Source of the DNA: Catajapyx aquilonaris | Taxonomy: Eukaryota | DNA length: 64,000 bases | Direction: 5' to 3' | NCBI GenBank assembly: GCA_000934665.2 | Contig: KZ538053.1 | Span: 62,001-126,000 of the forward strand | Part shown: piece after piece, positions 39,768-52,300 of the stretch | How the letters are laid out: the number at the start of each line of letters is the position of its first letter | Position numbering within the stretch: position 1 is the stretch's first letter | Program-made: the position numbers and the translations under genes | The notes under the pieces: model-generated | The model's input: the letters and a program-made list of their open reading frames with translations, nothing else | What the model was told of the DNA's origin: nothing | Database searches by the model: none

Positions 39768-39945
39768 ATGGCATTGTCCAGCTGGAAAGAAGGTCTTCTT
39801 TCGCTGGCCACACGCAAAGTAAAAGAATATGAAGTCCTAGAGAGCCTCATCTTCGGTACTGATGGAGGCAAAGGGGCTAAAATTAAATATCCTTCCGAAC
39901 TGCAAGCTGAGATTGACATTCTTGAAGAAGAAGTTAAGATCAAAC
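39768..39945 (+). CDS. Coiled-coil protein, CCDC151/ODAD3-like, coding exon 1 (start uncertain: GCCATGG at 39768, or in-frame ATG at 39630)
   Basis: MALSSWKEG...SELQAEIDILEEEVKIK; phase-1 donor C|GTATGT matches the phase-1 acceptor at 45322. The 8-exon model stays open for 571 aa. Confidence 0.65.
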
Positions 39946-40096
39946 GTATGTATATTACAATTATATTAACTTATATTTCAAGCTCCGATCACGAAGCTGG
40001 GAAATTGACCCATTCTAACATGTAATATTGTAATATCGTAGTAAGGGTAGAGAGTAAGAGGGAAAGTTAAGGTTTCTGATTGTAATTGTAGTTCAT

Positions 40097-40451
40097 TTTT
40101 TTATTATTATTATTTTATTTTACCCCGTGATGTCCCTTATGGGAGCTATAGGGGGGTGGCATACCACCATCAGTTTTCTGTATATATTTTCGCTTCATTC
40201 ACCGGTGCAAGGAAACAGGGACAATGAGAAAGGATAGGGATTTTTGGGGAGGGAACATGGGTGCAAGGTGCAATGTCGTAGCTAATGGGTCATGTGCTGT
40301 TCCCCAGGAGGTTAGGTTGCCAGACACCTCCTTGGTGCAGGTCAGAGACCCTCCTGACACAGGTGAAAGGAAGTTCCCCAGGCGGGGATCGAACCTGGGG
40401 CCTTTCACTCAGCAAGCCGTGACGTTACCATCACGGCCACCACACCTCCCC
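40097..40451 (-). mobile_element. tRNA-derived (Ala-like) SINE family A
   Basis: Head GGGGAGGTGTGGTGGCC...GGCCCCAGGTTCGATCCCC; TSD AATTGTAGTTCAT (40084-40096 / 40452-40464). Other copies at 42392, 55943 and 62272. Confidence 0.88.
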
Positions 40452-41229
40452 AATTGTAGTTCATATAATTATGTTTCAAGGAACATTAAAAGATTCATGA
40501 AAATAATCTCCAAAAATCTTCAAGTATACTCTTAAACAATTTTTTAAATTAAAAAATCACAAAGTAAGTGTGTGTATTATGATAGTTAATATGGGGTCGG
40601 TTTTTCGTTCAACTGCTAGTCACTACTAAGAGGCTCTGCTCATAATTAGCAGAAGCGTGCATTTTTCATCCCACTGCTAAGCTTCTGCTATGCATTGTTC
40701 CTGCTAACTAGCAGCAACTGAGTTAGAGACAGCCCTGGGTCTCTTTAACTTTCTGCTTAGGAAACATGGTTGATGTGAGAAGAACACTCAGACTTACTGC
40801 AGCACCTTTGGCAACTTCGAAGCATGGGAAATTCATCACTATGCTATTTCCCGATATCAAATCCATGCCAGAGGTATTGAACCAAGGAACTCTAGGCTAA
40901 ATACAGATTTCAAAACACAACTGTCATAGTCCTGGTGGACATTCTGTGTGCAGATTTGGACCAATAGGTGTGTTGATTATATCAGTGTAATCTGATTGAT
41001 TACTAAATCACTTATGGATTAGGTTGGGTCTGTAATAACAATAACAATTATTATTATTGCTGTTGTTGTTATTAGGTTAGTGCAGACATTATGTGCAGGT
41101 GTCACACAGGTCTTTATAATTTTTGCAGTCAGTAGGCCTACAGCTCTCGAACCCTTTTTAGACTAAGAGCTTGGGCAAAATTAGGCTTGGGTGCACGTGC
41201 TGTCATAATATGCCACAGAATGCTATTAA

Positions 41230-41510
41230 CCCTGGAACCGTGCCGTGGGGTCTTTTTGGACCCCAAGGAAAAATATGCATTAAAATGATCATTACAATGA
41301 ACTTTTGTCATTTTTTACAGTATATAACAGGAAGTGCAGGTTTATTTTGAATTGGTGATCCTTTTAGGCATTGTTCAAAGAATGATTGTATATAGTCAAT
41401 ACATTGAAAAGTATTTTATAATAATTAATAAAAATTAAAATATGGTGGGGTCCGAAAAGACCCCACGGCCCGGTTGCCGTAATACTCGTAGGCACGGCAC
41501 GGTTCCAGGG
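41230..41510. mobile_element. piggyBac-type MITE
   Basis: TTAA|CCCTGGAACCGTGCCGTG ... CACGGCACGGTTCCAGGG|TTAA. Confidence 0.88.
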
Positions 41511-41621
41511 TTAATCACTTTCTTGGCACATAGAGTTGATGAGAAAATTTCTGCACGAGCACATGGCGTAGTCAGACTTTCAATTCTGTACATATATACT
41601 GTACACATATGATTGTATGTA

Positions 41622-41760
41622 CATCAGTTGAAAAAGAATTGTCCCAGTCATCCTGATGTGTGTGCTGCCCGCTCGACACACACCATGTAACTTACATGGT
41701 GTGTGTCGAGCGGCCAGCCCACACGTCAGGATGACTGGGACAGTTCTTTTTCAACTGATG
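41622..41760. repeat. Fold-back (hairpin) element
   Basis: CATCAGTTGAAAAAGAA...ACACACCATGTAA-C-TTACATGGTGTGT...TTCTTTTTCAACTGATG. Confidence 0.8.
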
Positions 41761-42391
41761 ATACAAAGGAATCTGGGGCTTAGTACCTTATGGTCTACTA
41801 CACTGTATGTGCTTTCCTTCTTCTTCGCGGCCCTCGTACCAATAACTCGTCCGTCATCACTTGCGCAGTTACAATAGGTGGTGGCCCGCTCCTCCGCCGT
41901 CCATGGAAGGCTTCTTGGCCACCTGTCTATCGCCCAATTCAACGCGTATTCCACAGGGAGGGAGCCATCATTGAAACCGTTCCCAGCCTCCCAGGTTGTC
42001 AAATCTCATTCTAAGATACTGCGCCGGCGCATACACGCTCCTTCTACCCATCCCTTTCGCGCGGCTGAATTCAAGAAGTGAATAGCAATAGGACGGGAAA
42101 AAAACGAATTAAGCAGTAAGCTTAGCAGAAGCTTGGCATCTTCTTAGTATTAGAAGTCCTAAATATCCTCTTAACTAAGGAAAAAAACGAAAACCCGACC
42201 CATTGGTTTTTAATTAAATTTTATTAATAACTGAATTATTATTAATGACTCACTCCATTAAAAAGTGACATTGCATGATGTCAATCTCCACATTAAGCAG
42301 AATAAAGGTGTGCACATCCACTCGATAAGCCCTACATTCTTCGGCAATAATAACACCCTTGTGATGTCACAGATCACCACATACTGTAGCC

Positions 42392-42749
42392 ATAATTTTT
42401 TATTTAAAAAAAATATTTTTACCCCTTGATACAACTATAAGTCGTTATAGGGGGGTGGCATACCACCATCCGTTTTCTAGTATTTTTAATGCTGTTTTCT
42501 TCATTCTCCCGTGCAGGGAAGTAAGGAAATGGGGTAAGGATAGGGATTTTTGAGGAGGGGACACAGGTGCAAGTGCATTATCGGAAATGGGTCATGTGTA
42601 GTCCCCCAGAAGGCTAGGTTGCCAAGACCCCTTATTAGGCGCGGGCCAGAGACCCACTGACGCAAGAGGGAATCCCGAGCGAGAATCGAACCCGGGAACT
42701 TTCGCACATCAAGCCGAGACGTTACCATCTCGGCCACCACGCATTCCCC
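42392..42749 (-). mobile_element. SINE family A
   Basis: Same head and body as the copy at 40097; TSD ATACTGTAGCC (42381-42391 / 42750-42760). Confidence 0.85.
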
Positions 42750-43423
42750 ATACTGTAGCCTATATGTGAGGAAACAACCCTTGAATGATTGTTAATCTGC
42801 TTTGCCAAACATTTTAGTCAAACATGTCACAAAACCTTATATATGCATTTATATAAGCCTACAGTGTATTACATAGGCCTACTGAAGTCTGCAATTTTGG
42901 GTTCATAAAAGCAATGCATAAGCTCCAGTAGAAGTTACTTGTTTCTTGCAAACACACGAGAATAGTAATACGTAAAAATGTAGAGTGCGGATGTCATGTT
43001 GGAACCAAAATAATATTCTGCTCTTCTAGAATACAGCATACAGAATAATTTTGTGACTGTTGTGCTGTACAGTACCTTATTGAATCATTCATCCTGTCAC
43101 ATAATGAGAATGTGATGGGCATCCAGTGATTATACAGTATAAGATATTGGAGGGCATCACATGCGGGGACCTCCCTTTATGTGCCATTCCCTGCCTACCA
43201 AGGGTCAACTTAATTTTGTGCCTGAGAAAATCTTGTCGAGACTCTGGGTTAGCATGTGAACTTTGAAGGTTAGGCGAGAGAGTCAAGAAAGTACCCGTGA
43301 GATTAAAACATTTTGACAAAAACTAAGTAGGGTTAACAAACTTTGTGGAAAAGCGACCTGAAGATCTTTTTCTCTCTTATTTAAAGTAATAAAAGCTATT
43401 TAAATAATGGAAATATAGGCATA

Positions 43424-43800
43424 CAGGGTGTTCACGAATTCGCCTGCCAAAACGATACTGGTGGTACCGGGTGAGCATGGGAGAAGCATGGTATGGGCCC
43501 GAAAGGCTGGCGGCGACGTTGACGTCGACAATGTCCACCTTGACAGGCATGGATACCCCTGTTCATCTTTGTATCGCTGGTTGCCGGGGTCAGGCGATGG
43601 TGTAGGAGTGCAACGCCTGGAACCGGCAACCAGCAATGCAAGCATGTACGGGGGTTTCCATACTTGTTAGGATGGGCATCGTCGACACCTCCAGATCGAT
43701 CGTCGCCGACCTTTCGGACCCATGCCATGCTTCTTCGATACGCACCCTCTAGTCCCCTACCACCCACATAATTTGGGCAGACGAATTCGTGACCACCATG
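43424..43800. mobile_element. MITE family M1
   Basis: TA|CAGGGTGTTCACGAATTCG ... CGAATTCGTGACCACCATG|TA. Confidence 0.8.
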
Positions 43801-44225
43801 TATATAAGTTAAGTTGTACATTTTCAGTCTTGAGTAGGGGAACTTCTGGAAATATGGCATTTCTTTGGTTTGTTAAAAAATTGCGGAGACTCAGCATTCA
43901 ACCATTTCATTTAATTAGAGATTGTAGCATGCGTGAAATAACTTACACAAACAAAGTACTGTACAGTACAAGTCATGTAGTATATTATATTTAAAATATC
44001 GTATGTTTAAGATTAGGCCTACATTTCTTTGGAAAAATGATGGGCATGTAAATAGGCCTAATTGTGATGAAAAATGGCTAACTCTATGCTGATTGAATTT
44101 TTAAATAAGTAATGAGTTCCCAGCATATGGATCTTCTGCTGTGCTGTTACGTCTGGGAGAAAACAATGTCATGATTCATTTTACGTTTTTAACTACGAAG
44201 GTGGAGCAAAGACACCCATGTGTTA

Positions 44226-44919
44226 TTAGTAAGGGCATTTTCTGAGATGTTTCACAAATCTGGCAACTAAATTGTTACCAAAAAATTCCGTCACCAACAT
44301 GTTTATAAAGGTGTGTACTAACATGTTTTAAATGATGGGGCTGCATGAGGTATGGTGCACCAGCATTAACAGCACGTCTGCATCTTCTGCCAGCACCTGA
44401 TAATATAGCAAGATATACAGAGCATTTAATAAGCATAATAATGAGCCATGCGAAAACATATCAAACTTTTCTACAATTATTGAAATATTGTTCTTCATAA
44501 CTTTACCAAATGCTATATGCTAACAATGTGTCTTTATCAAATGTTATAGTCTCAAATGTTATATTGTACAACACAATCACAACTTCTAAATCATATCACA
44601 GAAAGTAGAAAACAAATTCAAGGTGCAACCATCAAATCATACGCAGGAATACCAACCAACAAACTCTACAACCCCTGTACCCCTGTACCAACCCCTGCAA
44701 GTTGAATTCCATACACTTTGTACATGTGGCTTGAGAGCATCATTGCTAGTGCGTATGAAAATCTATTAATTNTCTATTAATTCATTAAGGGGGGGGGGGG
44801 GTCCCACGGGAGTTAAACTTCAACAATTTTAAAACATGTTTGTACACACCTTTATAAACACATTGGTGGAAAAAAATTGTAACAATTTAGTTGCCAGCTT
44901 TCCTTACGCTTCCCTTACT
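44226..44919. mobile_element. Fold-back/MITE with degenerate long arms
   Basis: CTGGCAACTAAATTGTTAC...TTTATAAAGGTGTGTAC..ACATGTTTTAAA at ~44260-44332 is inverted at ~44828-44897. Confidence 0.6.
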
Positions 44920-45321
44920 ATATGGGCGCAGTCGTTGAAAAAAAAAGTAACATAATTGACTGTACAATAAGTTGCCGCGGCAACCAAAAATTTTAAAGTA
45001 GCCTACTTTTCAAAAAGAGGGGCCCATGCTACCCCATCGAAATTATAACAAACATCTCTGCCTATAAAAATACCTTCGGTACCTGCATCTTTCATCTGTG
45101 AATAAACACAAATCATGTAATGCACTATCAAATATTATGTGTTGCATAATGCAGTGGTATAATGTAGCCCTAATCATTGTGCCGCTTGTAGCACATTGCA
45201 GGTCTACTTTTCTTCCGAACCCATTTGCCTGTGTGTTTTGCCCCCACCCCTACCCCCACCCCCACCCCCACGCCTCCATTCCCTGTCCCTGCAAACTACA
45301 CAATTAATTTCTGTGCTTCAG

Positions 45322-45521
45322 GTCAACAGCTAACACTCTACAAAGAAGAACATGCCATAAATGCAGCTGGAATGAGGAAAGAAATTAATATATTAAGCAA
45401 GGAAATAAAAGAACTGCGAAAGGTGCATGCAATCACGATGAATGACATGAAAGAAACTCCTCACTCATATATATTCAAAACACCTGAATTCCGACTAGTC
45501 ATGAACAGACTGAGTGTACCG
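45322..45521 (+). CDS. CCDC151/ODAD3-like exon 2
   Basis: TTCAG| acceptor and |GTGAGT donor; RQQLTLYKEEH...MRKEINILSKEIKELRK. Confidence 0.8.
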
Positions 45522-45583
45522 GTGAGTACTGAGGGGAAATTAAATACGTAAGTTCCACTAATCTGCACAATCTCTTTATTTAG

Positions 45584-45688
45584 AACCGGTCGTTATATGT
45601 GGAGAGGAAAGCTAATTTATGTGTACGAAATGTAGATAAGTGTACACATGTCCAGCGTCAATTTCACGAGAAAGTGAGGGAGATGGAG
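45584..45688 (+). CDS. CCDC151/ODAD3-like exon 3 (not in the ORF track)
   Basis: TTTAG| ... |GTGAGT; 35 open codons NRSLYVERK...EKVREME, phase 0/0. Confidence 0.78.
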
Positions 45689-45754
45689 GTGAGTACATGT
45701 GACATTATTTTATAATGAACATTAGTTGAAACTTGACACTTGTGCTTGTTACAG

Positions 45755-45931
45755 ACTGCTTTGCGTAGCATGCATGAACTTTACATGGACCATGGCATGG
45801 ACATAATAGCAAAAGAAAAATGTCGGCATATGATGCAGCTTGAGAATGAGTGTCGTGATGTGAAGTTTAAAATCGATTCTGGCAGAATGATGCAAAGGAA
45901 GTACCGTAAAATATCACGATATCTGAAGGAT
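45755..45931 (+). CDS. CCDC151/ODAD3-like exon 4
   Basis: TTACAG| ... |GTAAGT; QLENECRDVKFKI...RKYRKISRYLKD. Confidence 0.82.
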
Positions 45932-46536
45932 GTAAGTGACATGCCCATTAGCTAACTTTTGCCTAATTCCCTGCTGCAAGGGTTTAAGTTAGTCAGCATT
46001 ATTTTGTTGAATGAATGGAAATATGCAACTTGCTCATACCAGCCTTGACACCAGGAGACTGTGTAAGTTTGTCACAGGAAAGTAAAATTCTTTTATTTGA
46101 ATATCATCATCAACATAGATAAAATATATGAATGCAAAATAATGTAGATTTTAGCATAAATATGAATGTAATTATGGGCATACTTCAAATGATAATGGGG
46201 TCCTTACTTATGCTGCTGTTTACAATGACTTTACTTGACACTTGCATATTTATGTAGACTATGTATTATCCATGCAGGTATGCTGTATAGTTATGAGGCC
46301 TACTATGTGTTTGAGGGGCAGTCCCCCATGCAAGGGCTGTTTGGCCACCATGGTAAAGTGGCATAAAATATATAATTAAACAAAATTATTATCATTATTC
46401 GACATAATAATATATTAAAATGTTATATATTATATTATTATATCATTTAAAATGATTTGATAAAAATATACTTCGGTCATGATTATTAAGGGTTTTGTTA
46501 AATTGTTGGTGGAGGTAAGTATGATTATTGGAAAAT

Positions 46537-46537
46537 G

Positions 46538-46621
<84 letters not shown>
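46537..46621. repeat. Compound (GAT)n(TAT)n microsatellite
   Basis: Read directly. Confidence 0.95.
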
Positions 46622-46622
<1 letters not shown>

Positions 46623-47061
46623 GTGACAGTATTGTGTCGCCATGCCTTTTTTGCGTCATTTGATACGTCCGGATAGTTTTGGCCTATGAGACACCTTGGC
46701 ATGATCATCCCATGTCTTATCAAGTTTGGTGATGTCACTCCCCTCTGTTTCTTTCGCTTGTACATTTCCCATCGCCCCTTGCATTTGTTACCTTATCTTT
46801 CCAACGTGTGCAAGGTAACCATCATGCCTTGCGGTCTGACGACTATAAAAGCCAGTCCACGATCTTAATCTAGGCCTTTTCCCGGTCACACTGTCCGGGG
46901 ACTGGTCGGGACCATTCAGGGGACAATATCCCGTGATGGTCTCTCTTTTCTCCATACCTCCTTTCCCTTCATCCTTCTCTTCTCCCACCTAACCCTTTTG
47001 GATCAGAATAAACCATACGTACAAGCGACCCACGTGTTGTCTTTGTGTCCATCCTGTCACT
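46622..47061 (+). mobile_element. Solo LTR
   Basis: TGTGACAG ... CTGTCAC(T) termini, internal TATAAAA and AATAAA, ATTA flanks inside a (TAT)n tract. 3' part resembles the LTR at 49229. Confidence 0.65.
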
Positions 47062-47168
47062 ATTATTATTATTATTAAACTGCTGTTATTGTTGTTGGAA
47101 AATGTACTGAAGTGCTAAATCCAGTAAATACTGTAAATCAAGATAATTATTTCTCTGTTGACTTCCAG

Positions 47169-47417
47169 GAAGCTTTTGCGTACAACAAGCTTGAAGAAGT
47201 ACTGAAGAAGAAAGTGGCTGATCAGATAATCGAACTGGACATGATGAGGCTAACCTGGGAGGAGATAGCCTTCATGAATCTGGATCTTAAATCTCTGATA
47301 CGAGAAGAACGTGCTTTGCTGGCTGATCGGAGAGATCGCATCCTGTATCGCAAGGGCATGGAACGACAGCTGCGGGACCTTGTAGATGAGAACTTCAGGC
47401 TGTGCAGGCATATGAAG
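47169..47417 (+). CDS. CCDC151/ODAD3-like exon 5
   Basis: TTCCAG| ... AAG|GTTTGC; EAFAYNKLEEVLKKKVADQIIEL..., phase 0/0. Confidence 0.82.
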
Positions 47418-47476
47418 GTTTGCACTTGAATGCATTATTTTTAATCACTAAACCAATGTGGCCTACTTTTTTATAG

Positions 47477-47960
47477 CCCACAGTCACACATAAGCGTGTC
47501 AAAAAAGCTCCACCTATGCACAGTGACTTTGACCGTGCATTTGAAGATATGGAACTAAGGATGGAACACCTGAAAGACGTCATGCAGTGCCTTGATTATG
47601 AGCGTTTGCCTGGCAGAGCCAAAGAGCTGCAGCGAGTGAACAGGATGCTGAAGGAACGTGCTACTTTAGAATCGGATCAAGTATCACGACTTGAAGGACT
47701 TCGAAACAAAGTTAAAAAATTGCTGCTGACCATGGTCAACTTTGGCGAAAAAGAAGCCAAGAAATTTATCAAGTCAAGATTAACTATCGAAAATTATTTT
47801 ATGGCAAATCGTCGACGTACAAAGAAGTATTCACGTAGTACCAAACTTGTGTTGAAAACTGCGAATGTGATAACATTTGGAGTCTGGGCTTTGACAGACA
47901 TCATGGACTTTGTGACTATTGCTGATGAACCAATAGATATACACACAGAAAATTTGGATG
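47477..47960 (+). CDS. CCDC151/ODAD3-like exon 6
   Basis: TTTTATAG| ... G|GTCAGT; long coiled-coil-like ORF, phase 0/1. Confidence 0.85.
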
Positions 47961-48017
47961 GTCAGTATCTTGGAAGTGACACTGACTTGCAGAAATGCTA
48001 ATAGATTTATCTTGCAG

Positions 48018-48194
48018 AAATGATATGGTTGGCGCGTGAAAAGATAGTGAAACTGATGACAAACATGCAGGGACACAATGTACGTGAAGAGCTTCCTGAA
48101 GCAATCAAGCGCCATAAATCTGAATTACCCGACGGGCTGTGCCTGTACCCCATCATGTGCATTCCTGTGGAATTCGATGATGAACTCGAGCTCA
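48018..48194 (+). CDS. CCDC151/ODAD3-like exon 7
   Basis: TTGCAG| ... A|GTAAGA; phase 1/1. Confidence 0.8.
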
Positions 48195-48258
48195 GTAAGA
48201 AATTAATGTTGACTTACAGTATGTGTTTTGTATTTACCAATGTCTTCCACTCTTGCAG

Positions 48259-48404
48259 AGTTTGACGAAGAAGAAGACGCTGAAGACGAAGACATATATA
48301 ATCGTGAGGACGTCAAGATGTACTCAAGACTGATGTACGTCCGAAGGACTGCAAGGCCTGGCTTCTTTGAACAATTCCAGAGCAGAAAGATGCAGAGGAA
48401 GTAA
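48259..48404 (+). CDS. CCDC151/ODAD3-like terminal exon
   Basis: TTGCAG|; KFDEEEDAEDEDIYNREDVKMYSRLM...RK then TAA at 48402-48404; AATAAA at 48555-48560. Confidence 0.8.
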
Positions 48405-48846
48405 ACTAATATATGCCTTTCACTTCATGATTCACTTACAAGCAGCATTCAAAATTTCAGTGAATGTAATGGCAAGTGATCAAGTCAAAATTTATTAGTT
48501 TTATATATTGTGAAACAAGAAATTATTGTAAGATCCCAGGGAAAATGGGATGCTAATAAATTCTTAAATACACATGTGAAATTTTCTTACTTAATACAGC
48601 AGGTTGTATCCAAATCATAATGATGTTAGTTACACTATGGTGGGGGAACTATTGTATTATTTGTTGGGAGAGCAAAGGTGGCCACACACACAAGATGAGG
48701 CGGTGAGGGGTTACTTTGGTCAAGTCAGTGTAGAATGAAGGGGAACAGTGTGACATCCCAAAAATGCATAATCTTATTTTTTAAATAAAGAATTCATCAA
48801 AACAATGCATCAGTGATATTGTTACTCTTCGCAATGCAGCAAACTA

Positions 48847-49040
48847 CAGGGTGACTCTAAAGTCAGGATACATAGGTAGGCCTAATTGGATTGTAATGTT
48901 GGTTTCTAGTTGTGAAAAACTAGAAGATTGTTGACAGTCAGTAAAGGTTGATTTGGCACAGTTGGCACTTGGAGTTGGCACAACTGGCAACCAACAATAC
49001 AATCAAATTACCTATGTGTCCTGACTTTCGAGTCACCCTG
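48847..49040. mobile_element. Tc1/mariner-type MITE
   Basis: TA|CAGGGTGACTCTAAAGTCAGGATACATAGGTA ... TACCTATGTGTCCTGACTTTCGAGTCACCCTG|TA. Confidence 0.85.
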
Positions 49041-49228
49041 TATTGACATCAATGAAGCAGATAATTTAATCCATTGAATGCAAGAACTTGATTTCCATTC
49101 AACCTGACAATAAAAATATATAGGCTTACTACAGTAGTTAATTTTAGATGAAGGCGAGTGCATTTTTCGGGACATGACTGGCAAGCACACTGTAAGCCTA
49201 CATTATTATATGTATTGGTATATGACAG

Positions 49229-49569
49229 TGTGACAGGTCTGATTCGCATTCATCAACCTGTACTATGTAACGGATTCCGTCTCACCTATTGCACCTTGAC
49301 CTTGTTTCAACCTTGTTTCCCATCATCCATTTCGTTGTCTCAAACCTTTACATTACTCCTATCTCCTATGCGCCTTCCTATAAATACCGATCCGTCTCTT
49401 CATTCGAGGCCTTTGGTCTTCCCACACCGGGAGGCCACTGGCCATCCCTATCATCAATTCCCTTAATATCCTTAATTCCTCTCTCATACCCCTGTTTATC
49501 TAATCAGCAACAATAAACACCATACGTATAGAACCCACTGTCTTTCTGTGTACCCTGTCGGTGGTCACA
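49229..49569 (+). mobile_element. Solo LTR (Gypsy-like, 4-bp TSD)
   Basis: ACAG|TGTGAC ... GTCACA|ACAG; internal TATAAATA and AATAAA. Confidence 0.78.
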
Positions 49570-51895
49570 ACAGCATGTCTGGTGAAGATAGGAGTAGGCT
49601 AGTGCATAGGGAAGAAAAGGTTACAATAAAATACAGTTCAAACATAAAATGCGCTTCAGATGGAAATTCCTTTTTAGAGAGAGTATATACCGGTAATCTT
49701 CAGTTCGTAAAAATTTCCTGAATATATTGTACAGTATTTTTTGCCCAATTGCAGATTGAATTATTCTCCAAATCAAATAATGGTAATGTAAAATGCTGGC
49801 TCAATGGGCCTACTTATTATTCTTGTCCATGATTTTTTATTGATCCTACAAAAAATATAGAGACATAAATTACCTCGTGGAACACAGCATATATTTTAAT
49901 TGATATTTTGTCGTGATAAGTGACACCTCCATCCCCTTTCTCCTGCCCATGAAGACGTTTTGAAGAGATGGCTGGCTAAATATTGGTACAGTATACAGTA
50001 TACTTCCCTCATGGTGGGTTGCACAACTATCACCACAACCCACTGAAAAACACGTTTTCTAGCTATTATTAATTGTCATTATTAATTAATAAGATTCAAT
50101 ATGATATATCAGCACCACAAGACTTGCAATCAATCCGGCCTCATCTGTCTTCTCATAATATTGTTCACTGGTCTAGAGAATAACTCTCCCACGCCACCTC
50201 TCTCGCAGAAATGAAACTACAAAACCCTTTAAGAGTTTAATAGCAGCGCTGGGAAAAATTGTCCGTTTTGATGCCCCAAGTTGAATTTACCTGTAAAAAA
50301 AATGGGCTTGTATTCTCTTCCCAGTATTGAATCGAGTCGTTAGAAACGGCGTTTGGGGAGATCAAGCCTGTTTTACCTTCTATTTTGGGAGCCTAGAGAG
50401 AAGCAATGGGCACAAAAAAAACATGCTGTTGGCGAAATTCAATCATCCCCATCACTAATTCGAATACAAGAACCTGTCATTTGTAATTCGTTGGTCAATC
50501 AATCGTCCTTACCCGGAGGCAAGACCGTAGGTCCGTATAGGCATCTGATCAGAAGCCCTAGCTTAGCAGGCTTCTTTCTCCTTCGACTCGTGATGGTAAT
50601 AGTTTGTTAGGGCTTCCAACAAGCTATAGGATTTATTGGACAGAAGACAGTCGGCACCGAAGGTTGCAAGTTGCAACCCATGCGGGAAACAAATTCGGAG
50701 TTAATGAGACAAAGAATAATTATAAACATGGTGGAGGAAATCAGTGCTATAGCTAGAGAGACTTGTGTGCTTATGACGCTCACTCTTGACTGCCGTCCAA
50801 GTCATTTTCTCTAGCTAATAGGCTCTTGTTGTGGTCGGATGGGACCAGCATATTACTCAGCTGCTGTTGGGACACGTTCTTAATGGAATCCTGGCAATGG
50901 AGAACTGCTTGCCAAGGCAAAACGTCCACTTCATCTTCCACCGCTTGAATGGTATAAACATCAAATGCAGATTTTTTCCTCCCCTATCAGTGCTCTCAGG
51001 GTATATTGTGATCGCTCCTCCAGAAAATTATTCATTCGTGGTATGACTGTGTCTCACACATAAATTAAGCCTTGATTTGGCGGTGTTATGGGCAACATGT
51101 CAATGAGGTTTCTGCTGTTATCTGCCACACTTGTTATGGGGTGGCTATACAATGAGGGCATTGTATACACATATCGCTTCATGAACGTATTGCACTACTG
51201 TTACAGTGCATTGCAACAATGCAGTTGTCATTTTCAGATACATGGAGTATGCAGGTCATGGTGAGAGCAAATGACCGGGCGGGTGTGTAGAAATTATTGC
51301 ATGTTTATGGCGGTATTGTACAGCAATAGACATTGTGATATTTGAGCTTCAAAACCCGGTACAATGAATAGTGAATTTTTATTTCGGACGTTACTTGTTA
51401 AATTTTGATCACAATAAAATTACTTTTGTCAAACTCTTTTGCACAGCATAACTCCATATATTTGAATCGCAAAAAGGAGTATATTAAGTCACGATTTTGG
51501 CGATTTTGAGATATTCGCACCATAAAATTCTCCACTCCAAGACACATGAAAACATACAAGAAAGGTGCCAGACAGTCTAACACCGTTCGACTACAGGGTG
51601 ACTCGTTTTGCAACGACATTCTCACATGGAATGTATAGGAATAAGAGGATTTACTGCATATTTGCATGATATTGTATTATGTACTGTTGAGTTTTTTTTG
51701 GCTTGCACTGAACATGGGCATCTTGTACTTGTTATACAATAAGATGCTGTAATGCTAGAATAAGAGGGTTTCCTACTGCAACAACAGCCCGACAGCACTG
51801 TCCTCGGCAAGAGAAGTAGACTTACCACCTACACCTTCTATGATACAAGACAAATAATTATTAACTTTGCGGCCTAGTCCCGCCGTTATAGCCTA

Positions 51896-52300
51896 CAGGG
51901 TGTTCCCGAATTCATTTGCCAAAATAATGCGGGTGGTAGGGGGTGCATATGGAAAAAGCATGGGCCCGAAGGCCGGCGACAACATTGACGTCGACGATGA
52001 CTATCCTGACAAGTATGGATACCCCTGTACATGCCTGCATTGCTTGTTGCCGGGGTCAGGCACTCGCACTACCAGACCCGACCAGATCATTGCTTAACCG
52101 CCTGACTCCGGCAACCACCAATGCAGAAATGTACGGGGGTATCCACACTTGTCAGGATACACATCGTCGATGTCAAAGGTCGACATCTCCTAGACGTATA
52201 GCGTCACGTCGCCGGCCTTTCGGGCCCATGCCGTGCCTTTGCCATACGCACCCCACTATTACGCACATCATTTTGGAAGACGAATTCGGGAGCACCCTGG
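51896..52300. mobile_element. MITE family M1
   Basis: TA|CAGGGTGTTCCCGAATTC ... GAATTCGGGAGCACCCTG; palindromic interior shared with the copies at 16935 and 43424. Confidence 0.8.

Larger units (their letters stand above)
40594..42201. mobile_element. Degraded PIF/Harbinger-type element with nested MITEs
   Basis: Termini GGGTCGGTTTTTCGTT / AACGAAAACCCGACCC; interior decayed. Confidence 0.55.

Noticed and set aside
44762..44782. TCTATTAATT duplicated around a single N
   Set aside because: Looks like a contig-join artefact rather than biology.
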